Positions 18,829 to 29,481 of a stretch of 53,572 bases of DNA are shown here, piece after piece; position 1 is the first letter of the stretch; every line of letters begins with the position of its first letter. The notes under the pieces are model-generated. The model did not search any database and was not told the DNA's origin. It saw nothing but the letters and a program-made list of their open reading frames with translations. The stretch comes from a virus (taxonomy: Duplodnaviria; Caudoviricetes): positions 1 to 53,572 of the IMG/VR virus record IMGVR_UViG_3300045957_000057; one strand, given 5' to 3'. The position numbers and the translations under genes were made by a program.

Positions 18829-21275
18829 GCACGGCGGCCGGTCTGGTCTGCATGCTGCCGATCGGCTCGGGCGACTGGACGGCCTATCTCGCTGATCGGC
18901 TCACCGGCGCCGAGCTGCCGCTTGAGCGCACGACGTGGCGGGGCTCGGCCGGCCGTGCATACCGGCGGCCGTCCGAAGCGTCGATCGTGCTCGATCCGGA
19001 GTACGCCGCCCGGTTCGGGCGCCGTCCGCTGCTCTGGTCGAACGAGCTGCGGTATCGCCGCGACGACGGGCTGATGTGGACCGGCCCGATTGTCTCGGTC
19101 GACGACGATCCCGACGACGGCGTCGTGTGGGAAGCACGAGACCGGATGGAGCTGGTCGTGCAGCGCCGCTGGTTCTGGCGCACCGGCGCATACTCCGGCG
19201 ACACCGCCCGGCTGATGTCGATCGCTCTCGACGCCGGCGACTACTCCGACCCGACGCTGCTCGTCCGAGACGAACGCTCGACCGGGGTCATCGTCGACAT
19301 GCCGGTCGTCGCCGGCGACAAGATCGGCGACGCGCTCGAAGCGATCGGCGTGCCGTGGACCGTCGTCGGCGACGTCGTGCGATACGGCGACATCCTCGTC
19401 GAGTCCGGCTTCACCCTCGAGGCCGACGGCTTCGGCGACAACCGGCCCCCGCTCCGAGCCGACGGATACGAGCGGCTGTCGCACGTCTGCGCCGTCACCG
19501 AGAACAACGGCCGAGTCTTCTTCCCGTCGGCCGACCCCGAAGACCGAGACCCCGGCTCGCCGTTGCTCGTCGACACGATCGACGTCGGCGACGTCTCGGT
19601 CGGCGCCGCACGACAGCTCGCCCGGCAAGCGTGGCTGCGACGCCGCGGCGAGCTTGCGGTCGTCTCCGACGCCGACTCGCCGCTGCCGTTCGACTTCCCA
19701 CTGCAAGCCGACACGCTCGTGCCCGGCGCTGTGCTCACCTCGTCGTCAGCCGGCCGGCAGCTGACCGCCGAACGCATCCCGGTCTATCTCGACTCGGTGA
19801 ACTTCGAGATCGCCGACGGTGTCGAGAACGCATCGACCGGCGAGCTGGTTCACGCGACCGAGATCGACGTGACCGACCGCACCACGCAGCGTCTCGGACC
19901 GGCCTCGAACGCCGGCACGTTCTTCCCGACGACCGAGACCTACCCGCTCGACCAGCTCGACGGACACGACTGGAACGAGCTTGATCTCGACCCTGTCGGC
20001 GACTTCGATCCGGGCGACCCCGGCGGCCCGCTGCCGAAACTCGACCCGATCCGGTGGGACCCTCAACCGCCGATACCGCCGTTCGGCCCAGACGGCGCAC
20101 CGACGGCAGCCGACGAGCCGGAGGCCGACGACGGGTGCGCTTGCTTCAAAGCGCCGATCTGGCTGTGCACGACGCTCCGGGGCGGCGACACGACATGGAC
20201 CTCGCTCGACGGTGACACTCGGACGCTGTCACCGCGGCATGCCAGACAGACGGCCGACGGCGGTCTGATCACGCACGCCAACCAAGGCCAGCCACAGATG
20301 CAGTTCTATGACCCGAACAACCAGGGCGATCTGACATCCGGTGTGCTCCGATACGACATCGAGGTGACCTGCCACTGGGACTACCCGGCCGACGATGGCG
20401 TGCATTCGTACTGCTACTTCCGGTTCGGTGACTGGAACTTCGCTGCGATGATCTTGCATCCAGGCTGGTTCAACAATCCGCCGTCGGCGGTTCCTCCGGA
20501 GCCGGAGTTTCACGCTCTGCACAGCGCCTACAACCCGGGCAGCTTCGCCGACGCGACGCTTGACTCTGACCCGTCGACGGTGCCCGGTCTGACCGGCTTC
20601 ACCCGCGGCCGCATGGTCGCCGAGTACGACATCGACACCGGCGACGCCGAACTCTGGCTCGGGCTACCCGGCGGTGCGCTCGTCTCGCAAGGCGCGAAGA
20701 ACATTCTCGGAGCGGGCACCGCCGACGCCGGCGGCGGCTTCGAGTTCAATTGGGATTACACCGGCAAGTACAACCTGCCGGCCAACTACACGCACGTCGT
20801 GCTGCACTCGGCGATCGTGCAGCTCGACGGCGTCGACCTGATGCGAGCCGACGCCGCGGCGATGAACTCGATCGTGCCGCCGCACCGACCCGGCGTCGAG
20901 CTGCTTGATCAGGTGTACGGCTTCGGCCCCGGCGGATATCAGCTGTTCGGTGGCTCGTTCGATTCGTGGTTCACGTTCTCGCCGAACGGCTCACCGTTGC
21001 TGATCTCGGTCGACGGCACCGGCGACGACGATCCGAACTACACCGGCAACGAGCCGATCTGGGTCGACGGCGACCCGCTGATCGAGCCGGCAATCGCCGC
21101 GGCCAACCGGCTCGATCCGGCGCACATCGAGATCTACAACGCTCAGCCGAGCGAGTGGCTGCCAGCAAACGGCGACGCTCATCTCGTGTACGCCATCGCT
21201 GATCTCGCTGGCTTCGATAACGTCCGCGACGGCTGGCCGTCCGGCTTCTGGCCGTTCGGGCCCCGCATCCACTGA
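18825..21275 (+). CDS. Minor tail / baseplate hub protein with aromatic-rich C-terminal domain
   Basis: W..EL...RD...WTGPI motif; 816 aa; synteny. Confidence 0.7.
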   Translation: MSTAAGLVCMLPIGSGDWTAYLADRLTGAELPLERTTWRGSAGRAYRRPSEASIVLDPEYAARFGRRPLLWSNELRYRRDDGLMWTGPIVSVDDDPDDGVVWEARDRMELVVQRRWFWRTGAYSGDTARLMSIALDAGDYSDPTLLVRDERSTGVIVDMPVVAGDKIGDALEAIGVPWTVVGDVVRYGDILVESGFTLEADGFGDNRPPLRADGYERLSHVCAVTENNGRVFFPSADPEDRDPGSPLLVDTIDVGDVSVGAARQLARQAWLRRRGELAVVSDADSPLPFDFPLQADTLVPGAVLTSSSAGRQLTAERIPVYLDSVNFEIADGVENASTGELVHATEIDVTDRTTQRLGPASNAGTFFPTTETYPLDQLDGHDWNELDLDPVGDFDPGDPGGPLPKLDPIRWDPQPPIPPFGPDGAPTAADEPEADDGCACFKAPIWLCTTLRGGDTTWTSLDGDTRTLSPRHARQTADGGLITHANQGQPQMQFYDPNNQGDLTSGVLRYDIEVTCHWDYPADDGVHSYCYFRFGDWNFAAMILHPGWFNNPPSAVPPEPEFHALHSAYNPGSFADATLDSDPSTVPGLTGFTRGRMVAEYDIDTGDAELWLGLPGGALVSQGAKNILGAGTADAGGGFEFNWDYTGKYNLPANYTHVVLHSAIVQLDGVDLMRADAAAMNSIVPPHRPGVELLDQVYGFGPGGYQLFGGSFDSWFTFSPNGSPLLISVDGTGDDDPNYTGNEPIWVDGDPLIEPAIAAANRLDPAHIEIYNAQPSEWLPANGDAHLVYAIADLAGFDNVRDGWPSGFWPFGPRIH

Positions 21276-21300
21276 TCCGGCCGCGGTGCATCATCCGAAC

Positions 21301-22029
21301 ATGGCATCGATCGAGCCGAATGACAGCATCGACGTCGCCGACGGAGCGAACCCCGACGCTGTCGCCCCATCGGTCCGTATCTGGCGGATCTCACCGATCC
21401 GGCTGCGATCCGGCACGGTGCCGCCGGACTTCACCGACAACGGCAACGACATCTACCTGCTCGGCGACGACGACGACGACACGGTCGAGCCGTCGGTGCT
21501 ATCCGGCCTCGGTAACAGCTTGCGCAACGGTCTCAAGCGGACCTACACCGACGAGGGCTCGCCGTCGCTGTGGGCCGAACCGGCGCCGCAGTCGTATGAC
21601 TCGGCGGGCAGCTCGGTCGGCACGGTCGGCAACCCGACCGGCCCCCCGGGGGCCGCCGACACGACGATCGATCTCGGTGTCGCAGCGACTCATTCGATCG
21701 TGAACAACGGCGACTTCCCGCTCGTCGTGCGGCCGGTCATCTCGATCGTCGGCGCCCGCTACGAGTCGCCGCTGGCGACGCTCCGGGCGAACCTGACGAT
21801 CACCGCTGACGCCGTCGTGACGAACGTCAGCCGGGACCTGTTCTTCGGCTACGGCGGCTCGAACACGATCGCGCTGCCGGCGGTCAACGTGGCGACCGGC
21901 GGCTCGTACCAGCTCGACGCCGAGCTGCAGCTGATCTACCGACAGGCCGTCGCCGAGGCGTTCGAGTTCGCTGTCGCCGGCGCTCAAGTCGTCTTCCAAA
22001 TCATCGAGTACACGAGCGCCGGGAGCTGA
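21301..22029 (+). CDS. Minor tail protein
   Basis: Late-type leaderless promoter; beta-rich. Confidence 0.55.
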   Translation: MASIEPNDSIDVADGANPDAVAPSVRIWRISPIRLRSGTVPPDFTDNGNDIYLLGDDDDDTVEPSVLSGLGNSLRNGLKRTYTDEGSPSLWAEPAPQSYDSAGSSVGTVGNPTGPPGAADTTIDLGVAATHSIVNNGDFPLVVRPVISIVGARYESPLATLRANLTITADAVVTNVSRDLFFGYGGSNTIALPAVNVATGGSYQLDAELQLIYRQAVAEAFEFAVAGAQVVFQIIEYTSAGS

Positions 22030-22033
22030 CCGC

Positions 22034-22831
22034 ATGGTCTCGACCCTGACCGACAACCGCTGCCGAGCGTGCGGCGGCTCGACCGCAGCCGACATCTCGA
22101 CACACGAAGCGACACCGGACCCGCATCCCGGCTACCTCCTCGAGGTCGACGCCGCGGCGACGTATGCGACGGCCGCCGCAATCGCGACAGCGGTGTCGGA
22201 TCACGAAGCGCTCGCGAACCCGCACCCGGTGTACCTCACGCAAGCAGAAGGCGATGCGGCGTACGAACCGCTCGGCGGTGGCGGCGCCTCGGTCGCAGCG
22301 CACGTCGCTGACGCCGGCGATCCGCACGCCGCGGCCGGCTACACGAAGACGACCTTCGTCGAAGACCGAACCGGTTGGGGCTACTACCAGAACGACACCG
22401 AGACGTCAGGCGCTCCGCTCGTGCTCGTCGCAGCGACACCGGCCGATCTGCCGAACCCGGCCGACACGACGAACGAGAACGAGCTTCCGTCGGACCGGAC
22501 CGACTTCTACGAGACGACGGGGGACACGGTCACGTTCGGCTCGGTCGACGAGCTGGTCGAGATCGAGGTGCAGCTCACCGTCGAAGCCGTCGCCGCTACC
22601 GACTGGCTCGACATCTGGCTCGAAGAGTCCGGCGGCACCGAGCACGGCCGCACGACGTTCGCATTGCCGAAAGGCACGACACCGCAGACGCTCGTGCATC
22701 GGTTCGCTGTCGCTGCGTCGGCGTTGCTCGTCGCCAACGGCGGCACGGTCCGAGTCGAGTCGAACGACGCCGTCTCGGTGTACGACATCCGCTACCTGAT
22801 CAGCAGATCGCACTTCACTCGCACGACGTAG
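22034..22831 (+). CDS. Tail fibre / receptor-binding-like protein
   Basis: Repeated H....DPH..Y fibre motifs. Confidence 0.6.
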   Translation: MVSTLTDNRCRACGGSTAADISTHEATPDPHPGYLLEVDAAATYATAAAIATAVSDHEALANPHPVYLTQAEGDAAYEPLGGGGASVAAHVADAGDPHAAAGYTKTTFVEDRTGWGYYQNDTETSGAPLVLVAATPADLPNPADTTNENELPSDRTDFYETTGDTVTFGSVDELVEIEVQLTVEAVAATDWLDIWLEESGGTEHGRTTFALPKGTTPQTLVHRFAVAASALLVANGGTVRVESNDAVSVYDIRYLISRSHFTRTT

Positions 22832-22869
22832 AACTCCAGTGCTAGAGTGGCGGTCATGGAAACCACTCA
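22829..22869 (+). promoter_or_regulatory. Early promoter: TAGAAC-N4-GTGCTA operator, -10 TAGAGT, leaderless ATG, GGAAACCACTCA
   Basis: One of five copies with identical spacing. Confidence 0.75.
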
Positions 22870-23122
22870 GCAGCAGAACACACGAGTCGACCGGTTCACC
22901 GAGGTGAAGACGGCAAAGCTCCGTCTGGCGGTCGGCGAGCACAGCGGCGGCGGCACGTTCACCGTCGCCGATCTCAGCAGCGACGCCGGCGGCGTCTGGG
23001 TCACGATCGTCGACGGCGAGTCCGACGGCATCCGCCGCTTCTATCCGATGCACCGGATCCACTCGATCGACGTCGAGTCGTCTCACTTCGACGACGTCGA
23101 TCACGACGAGATCCCGTTCTAG
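22856..23122 (+). CDS. Small hypothetical protein (METTQ..., acidic DEIPF tail)
   Basis: ATG 7 nt after -10; C-terminal DDVDHDEIPF resembles an SSB tip. Confidence 0.6.
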   Translation: METTQQQNTRVDRFTEVKTAKLRLAVGEHSGGGTFTVADLSSDAGGVWVTIVDGESDGIRRFYPMHRIHSIDVESSHFDDVDHDEIPF

Positions 23123-23275
23123 TTCGCCCCCCCGACCGGACGGACCGGCCGTCGAGTCCGCTTGATCTCCCGTCTCCGCTCACCGGATAGAGCAGCCATC
23201 CGAAGCAGAGATTCCCGATCGAGCGGCCGACGGCCGGTCTCGTTCTGACTCTACGCAGATCGGAGACCACGCACC

Positions 23276-24805
23276 ATGGAACCGACCAACGAACAGTCGG
23301 CGATCATCGACGCCGCCGGCGACGGGCGGCATCTGCTCGTCGAAGCGCTCGCCGGCACCGGCAAGACGACGACGATGGAGGAGCTCGTCCGCCGCAATCC
23401 GGGCGGCCCGTCGCTGTACATCGCCTTCAACCGCTCGATCGTCGACGAAGCGACAGAGCAGATGCCGCCCGTCGTCCGCTGCGCGACCGTGCACGAGCTG
23501 GCGTATCGAGCGATCGGCTCGCCGTGGACGAAGCGAACTCGCATGCCCCGGATGAAGTCGACCGAGATCGCACGCCGGCTCGGCCTCGAGGCGATGTGGC
23601 TCAACGGACCGTGGGGCAGCAAGCGAGTCTCGGCCGGATTCCTCGGCGGGCTCATCGTGTCGTCGCTCAAGCGGTTCGCCCGCACCGGCGATCTCGTGCC
23701 GGGCCCGCAGCACGTGCCGCTACCTCGGGCAGCGCAGCTCGATCCGGGCATCCGGCTACTCGGCCGCGAGATCCGATCGCTGATCGCACCGAAGCTCGCT
23801 CAAGCGTGGGCGCTGACGACCGCCGTCGACGGCGAGCTGCCGATCGACGGAAACGTGATCATCAAGATGTGGCAGCTCTCGAACCCGGTGCTGCCGTACG
23901 ACCGGATCATCGTCGACGAGGCGCAGGACATGAATGACGCCGCTCGTGCGGTGATCGAAGCGCAGATCGACCGGTCGCAGCTGATCATCGTCGGCGACAC
24001 GTGGCAGCAGATCAATGCATGGAACGGCGCCGTCAATGCGCTGTCGAAGTTCTCGAAGCTGATCGACCGGCCGCCGCTGTACCTGACGAACTCGTGGCGG
24101 TTCGGACCGGAGATCGCCGAGCGAGCGAACCTCGTGCTCGACACGCTCGGCGCTCCGACCCGGCTCGTCGGCCGCGGCGCACCGGGCGAAGTCCGGCACC
24201 TCGACTCGCCGGATGTGCGACTCAGCCGGACGAACGCCGAAGCGGTCAGAGTCGCGCTCGAAGCGCTGGCCGACGGCCGGCGGCCGCACATCGTCGGCGG
24301 CGCTACCGACGTCGTGAACTTCGCCGAGAACGTCATCGAGCTCCAGCGCGGCGGCACGGTCACGCATCCGGAGCTGGTGTGCTTCGACTCATGGGCCGAC
24401 GTGCTCGCATACGTCGCGACCGACGAACTCGGCGCCGAGCTGAGCGGCTTGGTGAACCTGATCCTCAAGTTCGGCGCTCAGACGATCGTCGACACGATGG
24501 GCAAGCAGCCGGACGAAGACGACGCCGACATCGTGCTGTCGACGACGCACAAGATCAAGGGTCGGCAGTGGCCGACCGTTCAAATCGCAGGCGACTTCAC
24601 CGTGCTGCCCGGAGTTCTCGACGACGTCGAAGAGCTGCGGCTGCTGTACGTCGCAGCGACTCGACCGCGGACGACGCTCGACGTCTGCGAGCCGATGTTC
24701 TACCCGGATCGAGCACCCGAATTGGAGGACAACAATGGAAGCTCAGACGACGGAGACGCTGACCGAGCGGCCGGAGCTGATCGACCCGACCGAGTGGAAG
24801 CGTGA
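23276..24805 (+). CDS. UvrD/Rep-like superfamily 1 helicase
   Basis: ALAGTGKTT, DEAQD, VGD.WQQI, LT.SWRFG, STTHKIKG, LYVAATR motifs. Confidence 0.9.
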   Translation: MEPTNEQSAIIDAAGDGRHLLVEALAGTGKTTTMEELVRRNPGGPSLYIAFNRSIVDEATEQMPPVVRCATVHELAYRAIGSPWTKRTRMPRMKSTEIARRLGLEAMWLNGPWGSKRVSAGFLGGLIVSSLKRFARTGDLVPGPQHVPLPRAAQLDPGIRLLGREIRSLIAPKLAQAWALTTAVDGELPIDGNVIIKMWQLSNPVLPYDRIIVDEAQDMNDAARAVIEAQIDRSQLIIVGDTWQQINAWNGAVNALSKFSKLIDRPPLYLTNSWRFGPEIAERANLVLDTLGAPTRLVGRGAPGEVRHLDSPDVRLSRTNAEAVRVALEALADGRRPHIVGGATDVVNFAENVIELQRGGTVTHPELVCFDSWADVLAYVATDELGAELSGLVNLILKFGAQTIVDTMGKQPDEDDADIVLSTTHKIKGRQWPTVQIAGDFTVLPGVLDDVEELRLLYVAATRPRTTLDVCEPMFYPDRAPELEDNNGSSDDGDADRAAGADRPDRVEA

Positions 24806-25211
24806 GCTGCTTGCGAGCGGCCGAGCGATCATCTGCCGGCAGGTGCGAGTCGACTGGCCGGAGACGGTGCAGACGTGCTTGCCGCACGACATGCTCGTCG
24901 CGTACTGGTGGTCGAGAGTGATCGGCTGCTGTCCGGCGGTCGCCGTGTCGTATCTGCACCACGTGGCGGTCACGGCCGGCTCGGTCGACGTCGATCGGCT
25001 GTCGGCGCTGCTCACTCCGATCGATGGCGGCTCGGTGCTCGAACCGGGCTCGATCGTCGACGAGTGGAACGTCATCGACAACATCGTCGCCGCCGCTCGG
25101 TATCGGCTCGTGCTGTGCACCGAGCACGAGCTGCTGCTGCCGACGCTCGTGCCGCAGCCGGGCTCGGTGAGCTTCGAGCACATCGAGGCGCTGTTGCGAG
25201 GTGACGACTGA
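24735..25211 (+). CDS. Hypothetical protein
   Basis: GGAGG RBS. Confidence 0.55.
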   Translation: MEAQTTETLTERPELIDPTEWKRELLASGRAIICRQVRVDWPETVQTCLPHDMLVAYWWSRVIGCCPAVAVSYLHHVAVTAGSVDVDRLSALLTPIDGGSVLEPGSIVDEWNVIDNIVAAARYRLVLCTEHELLLPTLVPQPGSVSFEHIEALLRGDD

Positions 25212-25513
25212 TGGGCACCGACTGCTCTGGATTCACTGGCACGATCACCGTGACCGGCTCGACCGGCCCGGATGATCCGCACTGCGAGACGTGCGGACGG
25301 CGGCACTCGGAACACGAGCGAGCTGACCGGTTGAGCGAGCTGCAGACGGCGCTTGAACGACTGCACTCCGAGCGGCGACTCGACTGCGTCGTCGCCGGCA
25401 AGACAACGAACGACGGCCGGCCGGCGTCGGTCTGCACCGAGATCATCACCCGACACCAGCAGATGTGCGCCGGCTGCGCCGCTCGACGACTGCTCGGAGG
25501 TGGCGGCTCATGA
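25211..25513 (+). CDS. Small Cys-rich protein
   Basis: Coupled ORF; CxxC motifs. Confidence 0.5.
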   Translation: MGTDCSGFTGTITVTGSTGPDDPHCETCGRRHSEHERADRLSELQTALERLHSERRLDCVVAGKTTNDGRPASVCTEIITRHQQMCAGCAARRLLGGGGS

Positions 25514-26100
25514 CCGAGCTGATCAGCGACACGATGAGACTCGTGCTCGAAGCCGAGACCGTCGCCCTGCCGGCACAGACCGGCCCGTACGTCGAGTACA
25601 AGTGCGGCTGCAGCGAGTACATCGGCGACATCGACGCTCACCACTGGAACCGATGCGCTCCGCACGACCGGCATCTCGTCACTCGCTCCGGCGACTCGGA
25701 GATCTGCCGGCGCTGCGAGGTCGTGCATCACTACGTCGACAGCCGGATCGAAGCGGTCACCGGCACCGGCGGTCTCGTCTTCGTCTGGTGGCAAGACGAC
25801 CACGGCTCGAAGTGGATCGGCCGAGCGCTCGGAGCGTCGACCGACGTCTCGAAGTTGCTCGTCGACTCGGCGCACTGCACTGACGAACCGGCGGCCGAGC
25901 CGGAGCCGGAGCCCCGGCAGCGGCGGACGTTCTTCGTCGTCTGGTGCTCGATCTGTGATCCGAAGCCCGACGACCGGCACCCGTCGACGGTGTTCGGCGC
26001 CGAAGACGAGCGCGAAGAGTGGATCGAGCAGCACACCGCCGGACACACCGGCTTCGGTGATGGCGAACCGACGTACACGAGGAAGGAAGCGAAGCGATGA
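25510..26100 (+). CDS. Cys/His-rich hypothetical protein
   Basis: ATGA overlap. Confidence 0.5.
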   Translation: MTELISDTMRLVLEAETVALPAQTGPYVEYKCGCSEYIGDIDAHHWNRCAPHDRHLVTRSGDSEICRRCEVVHHYVDSRIEAVTGTGGLVFVWWQDDHGSKWIGRALGASTDVSKLLVDSAHCTDEPAAEPEPEPRQRRTFFVVWCSICDPKPDDRHPSTVFGAEDEREEWIEQHTAGHTGFGDGEPTYTRKEAKR

Positions 26101-26855
26101 GCGACGACGACATGTTGACCGACCCGTGGGGGATCGCAGACGAGATCGACGGACTCGTCGACGGCTACGACCCGTCGGCCGAAGAACCGCCGACCGTCAC
26201 CGACGAACAGGCCGCCGACTGGGCCGGCCGACGGCTGCTCGCTCTTCGGTTCACAGCCGACGAGATGCGGCAAGTGCAAGCGCAGTACGCCGCCGAGATC
26301 GCCCGGCTCCGACAGCGCCTCGAGGAAGAGATCGCTCGGCTGAACGATCAGCGCGACGAGCACGTCGAGCAGCTGCAGTCGACGCTCGTCGCGCTGTCCG
26401 GCCAGCTGCAGCGCATGCACGCACAGCGGATCGCTCACAGTGAGCAGCTGCACCGCATCGCCGCATCTGCCGCAGCGGACGAGGGCCGGTCGGAGCCGAA
26501 GAAGCGGCTGCCGACGACGATCCGAGTGCCGCACGGCACGCTGCGGTCGCGACAAGCGTCCAGCAACGCTGTCGTGAGCTTCGATCCGGAGCACGAGACC
26601 GACATCGTGAAGTGGCTCGAAGCGAACGGCTACGGCGAAGGCGTGCGGGTCAAGCCGGCGGTCGCTGAGCAGCGGCTCGTCGACAAGCGCAAGCTCGGCG
26701 GGCTGGTGAAGCGTGACGACGACGGCAAGATCGTCGGTCTGACGAACGACGCCGGGGACGAGTGTCCGCACGTCACGGTCACCGACCGAGGCCGTGCGTA
26801 CTGGATCGAGCTGCCGGACGGCCGCAGCTCGAAAGACTGGATGCCCGAGCACTGA
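26097..26855 (+). CDS. Mu Gam-like host-nuclease inhibitor / DNA end-binding protein
   Basis: Long coiled coil then TIRVPHGTLRSR motif; adjacent to RecT. Confidence 0.65.
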   Translation: MSDDDMLTDPWGIADEIDGLVDGYDPSAEEPPTVTDEQAADWAGRRLLALRFTADEMRQVQAQYAAEIARLRQRLEEEIARLNDQRDEHVEQLQSTLVALSGQLQRMHAQRIAHSEQLHRIAASAAADEGRSEPKKRLPTTIRVPHGTLRSRQASSNAVVSFDPEHETDIVKWLEANGYGEGVRVKPAVAEQRLVDKRKLGGLVKRDDDGKIVGLTNDAGDECPHVTVTDRGRAYWIELPDGRSSKDWMPEH

Positions 26856-26896
26856 TAGAACGGAAGTACTAGCATGGCTGACATGGAAACCACTCA
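26856..26896 (+). promoter_or_regulatory. Early promoter: TAGAAC-N4-GTACTA, -10 TAGCAT, leaderless ATG
   Basis: Repeat of the motif at 22829. Confidence 0.75.
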
Positions 26897-28142
26897 CGAC
26901 GAACAGACGACGACCGACGACGATCCGGAGCTGGAGCTCCCGCCGGTCGAAGAGCAACCGACGACCGACGAGACACCGGCCGAGACCGGCCGAGAGACCG
27001 ACTCAGCGGTCGTGCAGTACACCGACCGAGACCGAGACGTCATCGCGTCCGTCGTCGGTCAAGGTGAGCTGAACGACGACGAGATCGACTTCGTGCTCGC
27101 TCAAGCGAAGCGGCTCGGTCTCGATGTGATGACCAAGCACATGCACGCCTGGAAGCAAGACGGGAAGCTGATCATGATGGTCGGCATCGACGGGCTGCGG
27201 CTCGTCGCTCGCCGCACCGGTCAGTTCCTCGGCCGAGACGATCCGGAGTGGCTGACCGCTGACGGCCGCTGGGTCGATGCGTTCATCACCGGCGCCGACG
27301 GCTACGGCCGGTTCCCGCTCGCAGCTCGTGTGCGAGTGCACCGCCGCGGCGATCTGCATCCGACGACCGGTCTCGCGCTGTGGGCCGAGTCGGCGAAGCT
27401 GTACGCCGACGGCAACCCGAAGGCGTCATGGAAGTCGATGCCGGCGCACATGCTCGCGAAGGTCGCCGAAGCGATGGCGCTGCGAGCTGCGTTCCCGGCC
27501 GAGCTGGCCGGCGTCTACACCGACGACGAGATCGCTCACGCTGACGATCTGCTCGCCGACCGGGGCGATCCGGCGAAGAATCCGGGCGCCGGCGACGAGA
27601 CGATCGCAGCGCTCGAAGCTCGACTCGCTGCGATGCAGCCGGAGACTCGCGCTCGGCTCGAAGGGTGGTGGTCGACGCAGTACGGCCCCGGTGTGCTCAA
27701 CGATCCGAACGTGCTGCCGCTCTCGCAAGGCGGTCTGCACCGGTTCACTGCCGCATCGGAGCACGTGACGTACGTCGAGCAGATGATCGGCCGAGCGGAG
27801 CAGCACGACGCCGACAAGGGCGGCGACAGCTCCGGACCAGAGCCGGAGACGCCGGCGCCGACCGGCACTTCGTCGGCCGGCAAGCCGACCGAACCGTCCG
27901 GCGAGCCGGCACCGTTTACCGATCTCGAGGCGACCGTGCTCGCAGCGCTGGAGATTGCGCCGGAGTCGAACCCCGACGAGATCGCCGCGGCCGGCGGCGT
28001 GCCGAAGGATGCGTCGCTCATGACGGCGATCGCTGCGCTGCTTGAGGGCGATCTGATCGAGCCGGTCGGCGACGGCCGAGGGCCAGCGAAGAAGTACCAA
28101 CGGAACGAACCATTGATCGCCGAGATCGAGGGAGATGCGTGA
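26883..28142 (+). CDS. bet: RecT/Redbeta (Bet) single-strand annealing recombinase
   Basis: GIDGLR..A.RTG, W..MP.HMLAKVAE..ALR.AFP, GVYT.DE motifs. Confidence 0.9.
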   Translation: METTHDEQTTTDDDPELELPPVEEQPTTDETPAETGRETDSAVVQYTDRDRDVIASVVGQGELNDDEIDFVLAQAKRLGLDVMTKHMHAWKQDGKLIMMVGIDGLRLVARRTGQFLGRDDPEWLTADGRWVDAFITGADGYGRFPLAARVRVHRRGDLHPTTGLALWAESAKLYADGNPKASWKSMPAHMLAKVAEAMALRAAFPAELAGVYTDDEIAHADDLLADRGDPAKNPGAGDETIAALEARLAAMQPETRARLEGWWSTQYGPGVLNDPNVLPLSQGGLHRFTAASEHVTYVEQMIGRAEQHDADKGGDSSGPEPETPAPTGTSSAGKPTEPSGEPAPFTDLEATVLAALEIAPESNPDEIAAAGGVPKDASLMTAIAALLEGDLIEPVGDGRGPAKKYQRNEPLIAEIEGDA

Positions 28143-28522
28143 TGACAGACGACAAGCCGACATGGGTCCGAGTGCTCGACGCAGCGGTCGAGATCGCCGC
28201 CGAAGAGGGCATCGATGTCGTGTCGCACCGATTGGTCGGCACTCGGGCCGGTCTCGCTCCGAGCAACGTCGCGTACTATCACCCGACGGCCGAACACCTG
28301 CGCCGAGCGGCCGCTCTACAGATCACATCACGTGGCATGCCGGAGTGGGGCCGAGTCGAGTTCGCCGTGCGCCGCTGTCTGCCGGACGGACATCCGGAGC
28401 GTATGCCGTGGCCGACGGATGAGCTGTCCGAGTGGTCACCGCCTGATGACGACGCCGTCGTCGCCGATGCCGTGCTGTGGCTGTACCGACACGGAACGGA
28501 GGCGACCGATGCCGACGAGTGA
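28142..28522 (+). CDS. TetR-like HTH DNA-binding protein
   Basis: VLDAAVEIAAEEGI..VS.R.VG.RAG....VAYY. Confidence 0.7.
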   Translation: MTDDKPTWVRVLDAAVEIAAEEGIDVVSHRLVGTRAGLAPSNVAYYHPTAEHLRRAAALQITSRGMPEWGRVEFAVRRCLPDGHPERMPWPTDELSEWSPPDDDAVVADAVLWLYRHGTEATDADE

Positions 28523-28955
28523 CGTGCCGACGACCGGCGTGCACGAGTGGGGACACCGCCGAGTGCGGTCGCTCAGCCGGTCACACTACGGTGTGACGCA
28601 CATGCTCCGAGAGGCCCGGCGGCCGTGCTCGGTGATGATCGTCATGCTGCCGCCGGATCGGTCGCTTGTGGCGCTCGTGCCGCACGAGCAGCTGCGCAAC
28701 TCGGTCGTCTGCCGAGCCGGTCGGCCGAGGGTCCGGTACGGCGTCGACACCGTGCTTCGGCTCGGAGAGTCGCCGTTCACCGGTCTCGGCGGCGTCAATG
28801 TCGTCATCATCGGCGAACAGCGCTCGGCCGTCGACCGCCGCGGCCGCGACGTGATCGTGATCGACGACGCACGCTTCGTCATCCGACCGTCGAGTCTGCC
28901 CGCGCATGGCTGGGTCGAGGATCACGACATCGAGCTGCCGGTGGCCGACGGATGA
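28509..28955 (+). CDS. Hypothetical protein
   Basis: Coupled ORF. Confidence 0.45.
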   Translation: MPTSDVPTTGVHEWGHRRVRSLSRSHYGVTHMLREARRPCSVMIVMLPPDRSLVALVPHEQLRNSVVCRAGRPRVRYGVDTVLRLGESPFTGLGGVNVVIIGEQRSAVDRRGRDVIVIDDARFVIRPSSLPAHGWVEDHDIELPVADG

Positions 28956-29473
28956 GCGCTCGATACGACCGGCTGCCGATACCGCCGGACGAAGACCGAG
29001 CGATCTTCTACGTCGGCACCGGCGAGACGCCGCTCACGATGAACCAGCTCGTCGGCAAACACTGGTCCGCCTATAACCGGCACATCAACTCATGGAAAGA
29101 CGCAGTCGCCGGCGTGCTCGGCATGCACCGATCGCTGCGGTCTCGGCAGTACCGGACCTTCGAGCTGCACTTCTTCCCGCTCTACCCGACGAGTCACCGG
29201 GGCGAGCTGCCAGACACAGCAGCGCTGGCCCCGGTCACCAAGGGCATCGTCGACGGGCTCGTCGCCGCCGGCGTGCTCTTCGAGGACAACCCGCATCACA
29301 ACGACGTCGAGCATCACCACGCCGGCCGTCGACGAGACGACGTGCCCTGGCCGATCATCGAAGTGCACATCGGCCGTCGACAAGACGACGACGAGCACAT
29401 CATCTGCAGCTGCAGGACCGCATACGAATCGAAGAGAGCCGGCGCCGCCGCCGGACGGAAGGGACAGCGATGA
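28952..29473 (+). CDS. RusA-like Holliday junction resolvase
   Basis: PD......KGIVDGLV.AGVL.ED motif. Confidence 0.75.
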   Translation: MSARYDRLPIPPDEDRAIFYVGTGETPLTMNQLVGKHWSAYNRHINSWKDAVAGVLGMHRSLRSRQYRTFELHFFPLYPTSHRGELPDTAALAPVTKGIVDGLVAAGVLFEDNPHHNDVEHHHAGRRRDDVPWPIIEVHIGRRQDDDEHIICSCRTAYESKRAGAAAGRKGQR

Positions 29474-29481
29474 CAGACCAA
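29458..29481 (+). repeat. 24-bp start-associated direct repeat, copy 1
   Basis: gaagggacagcgatgacagaccaa, identical at 34825-34848. Confidence 0.9.
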
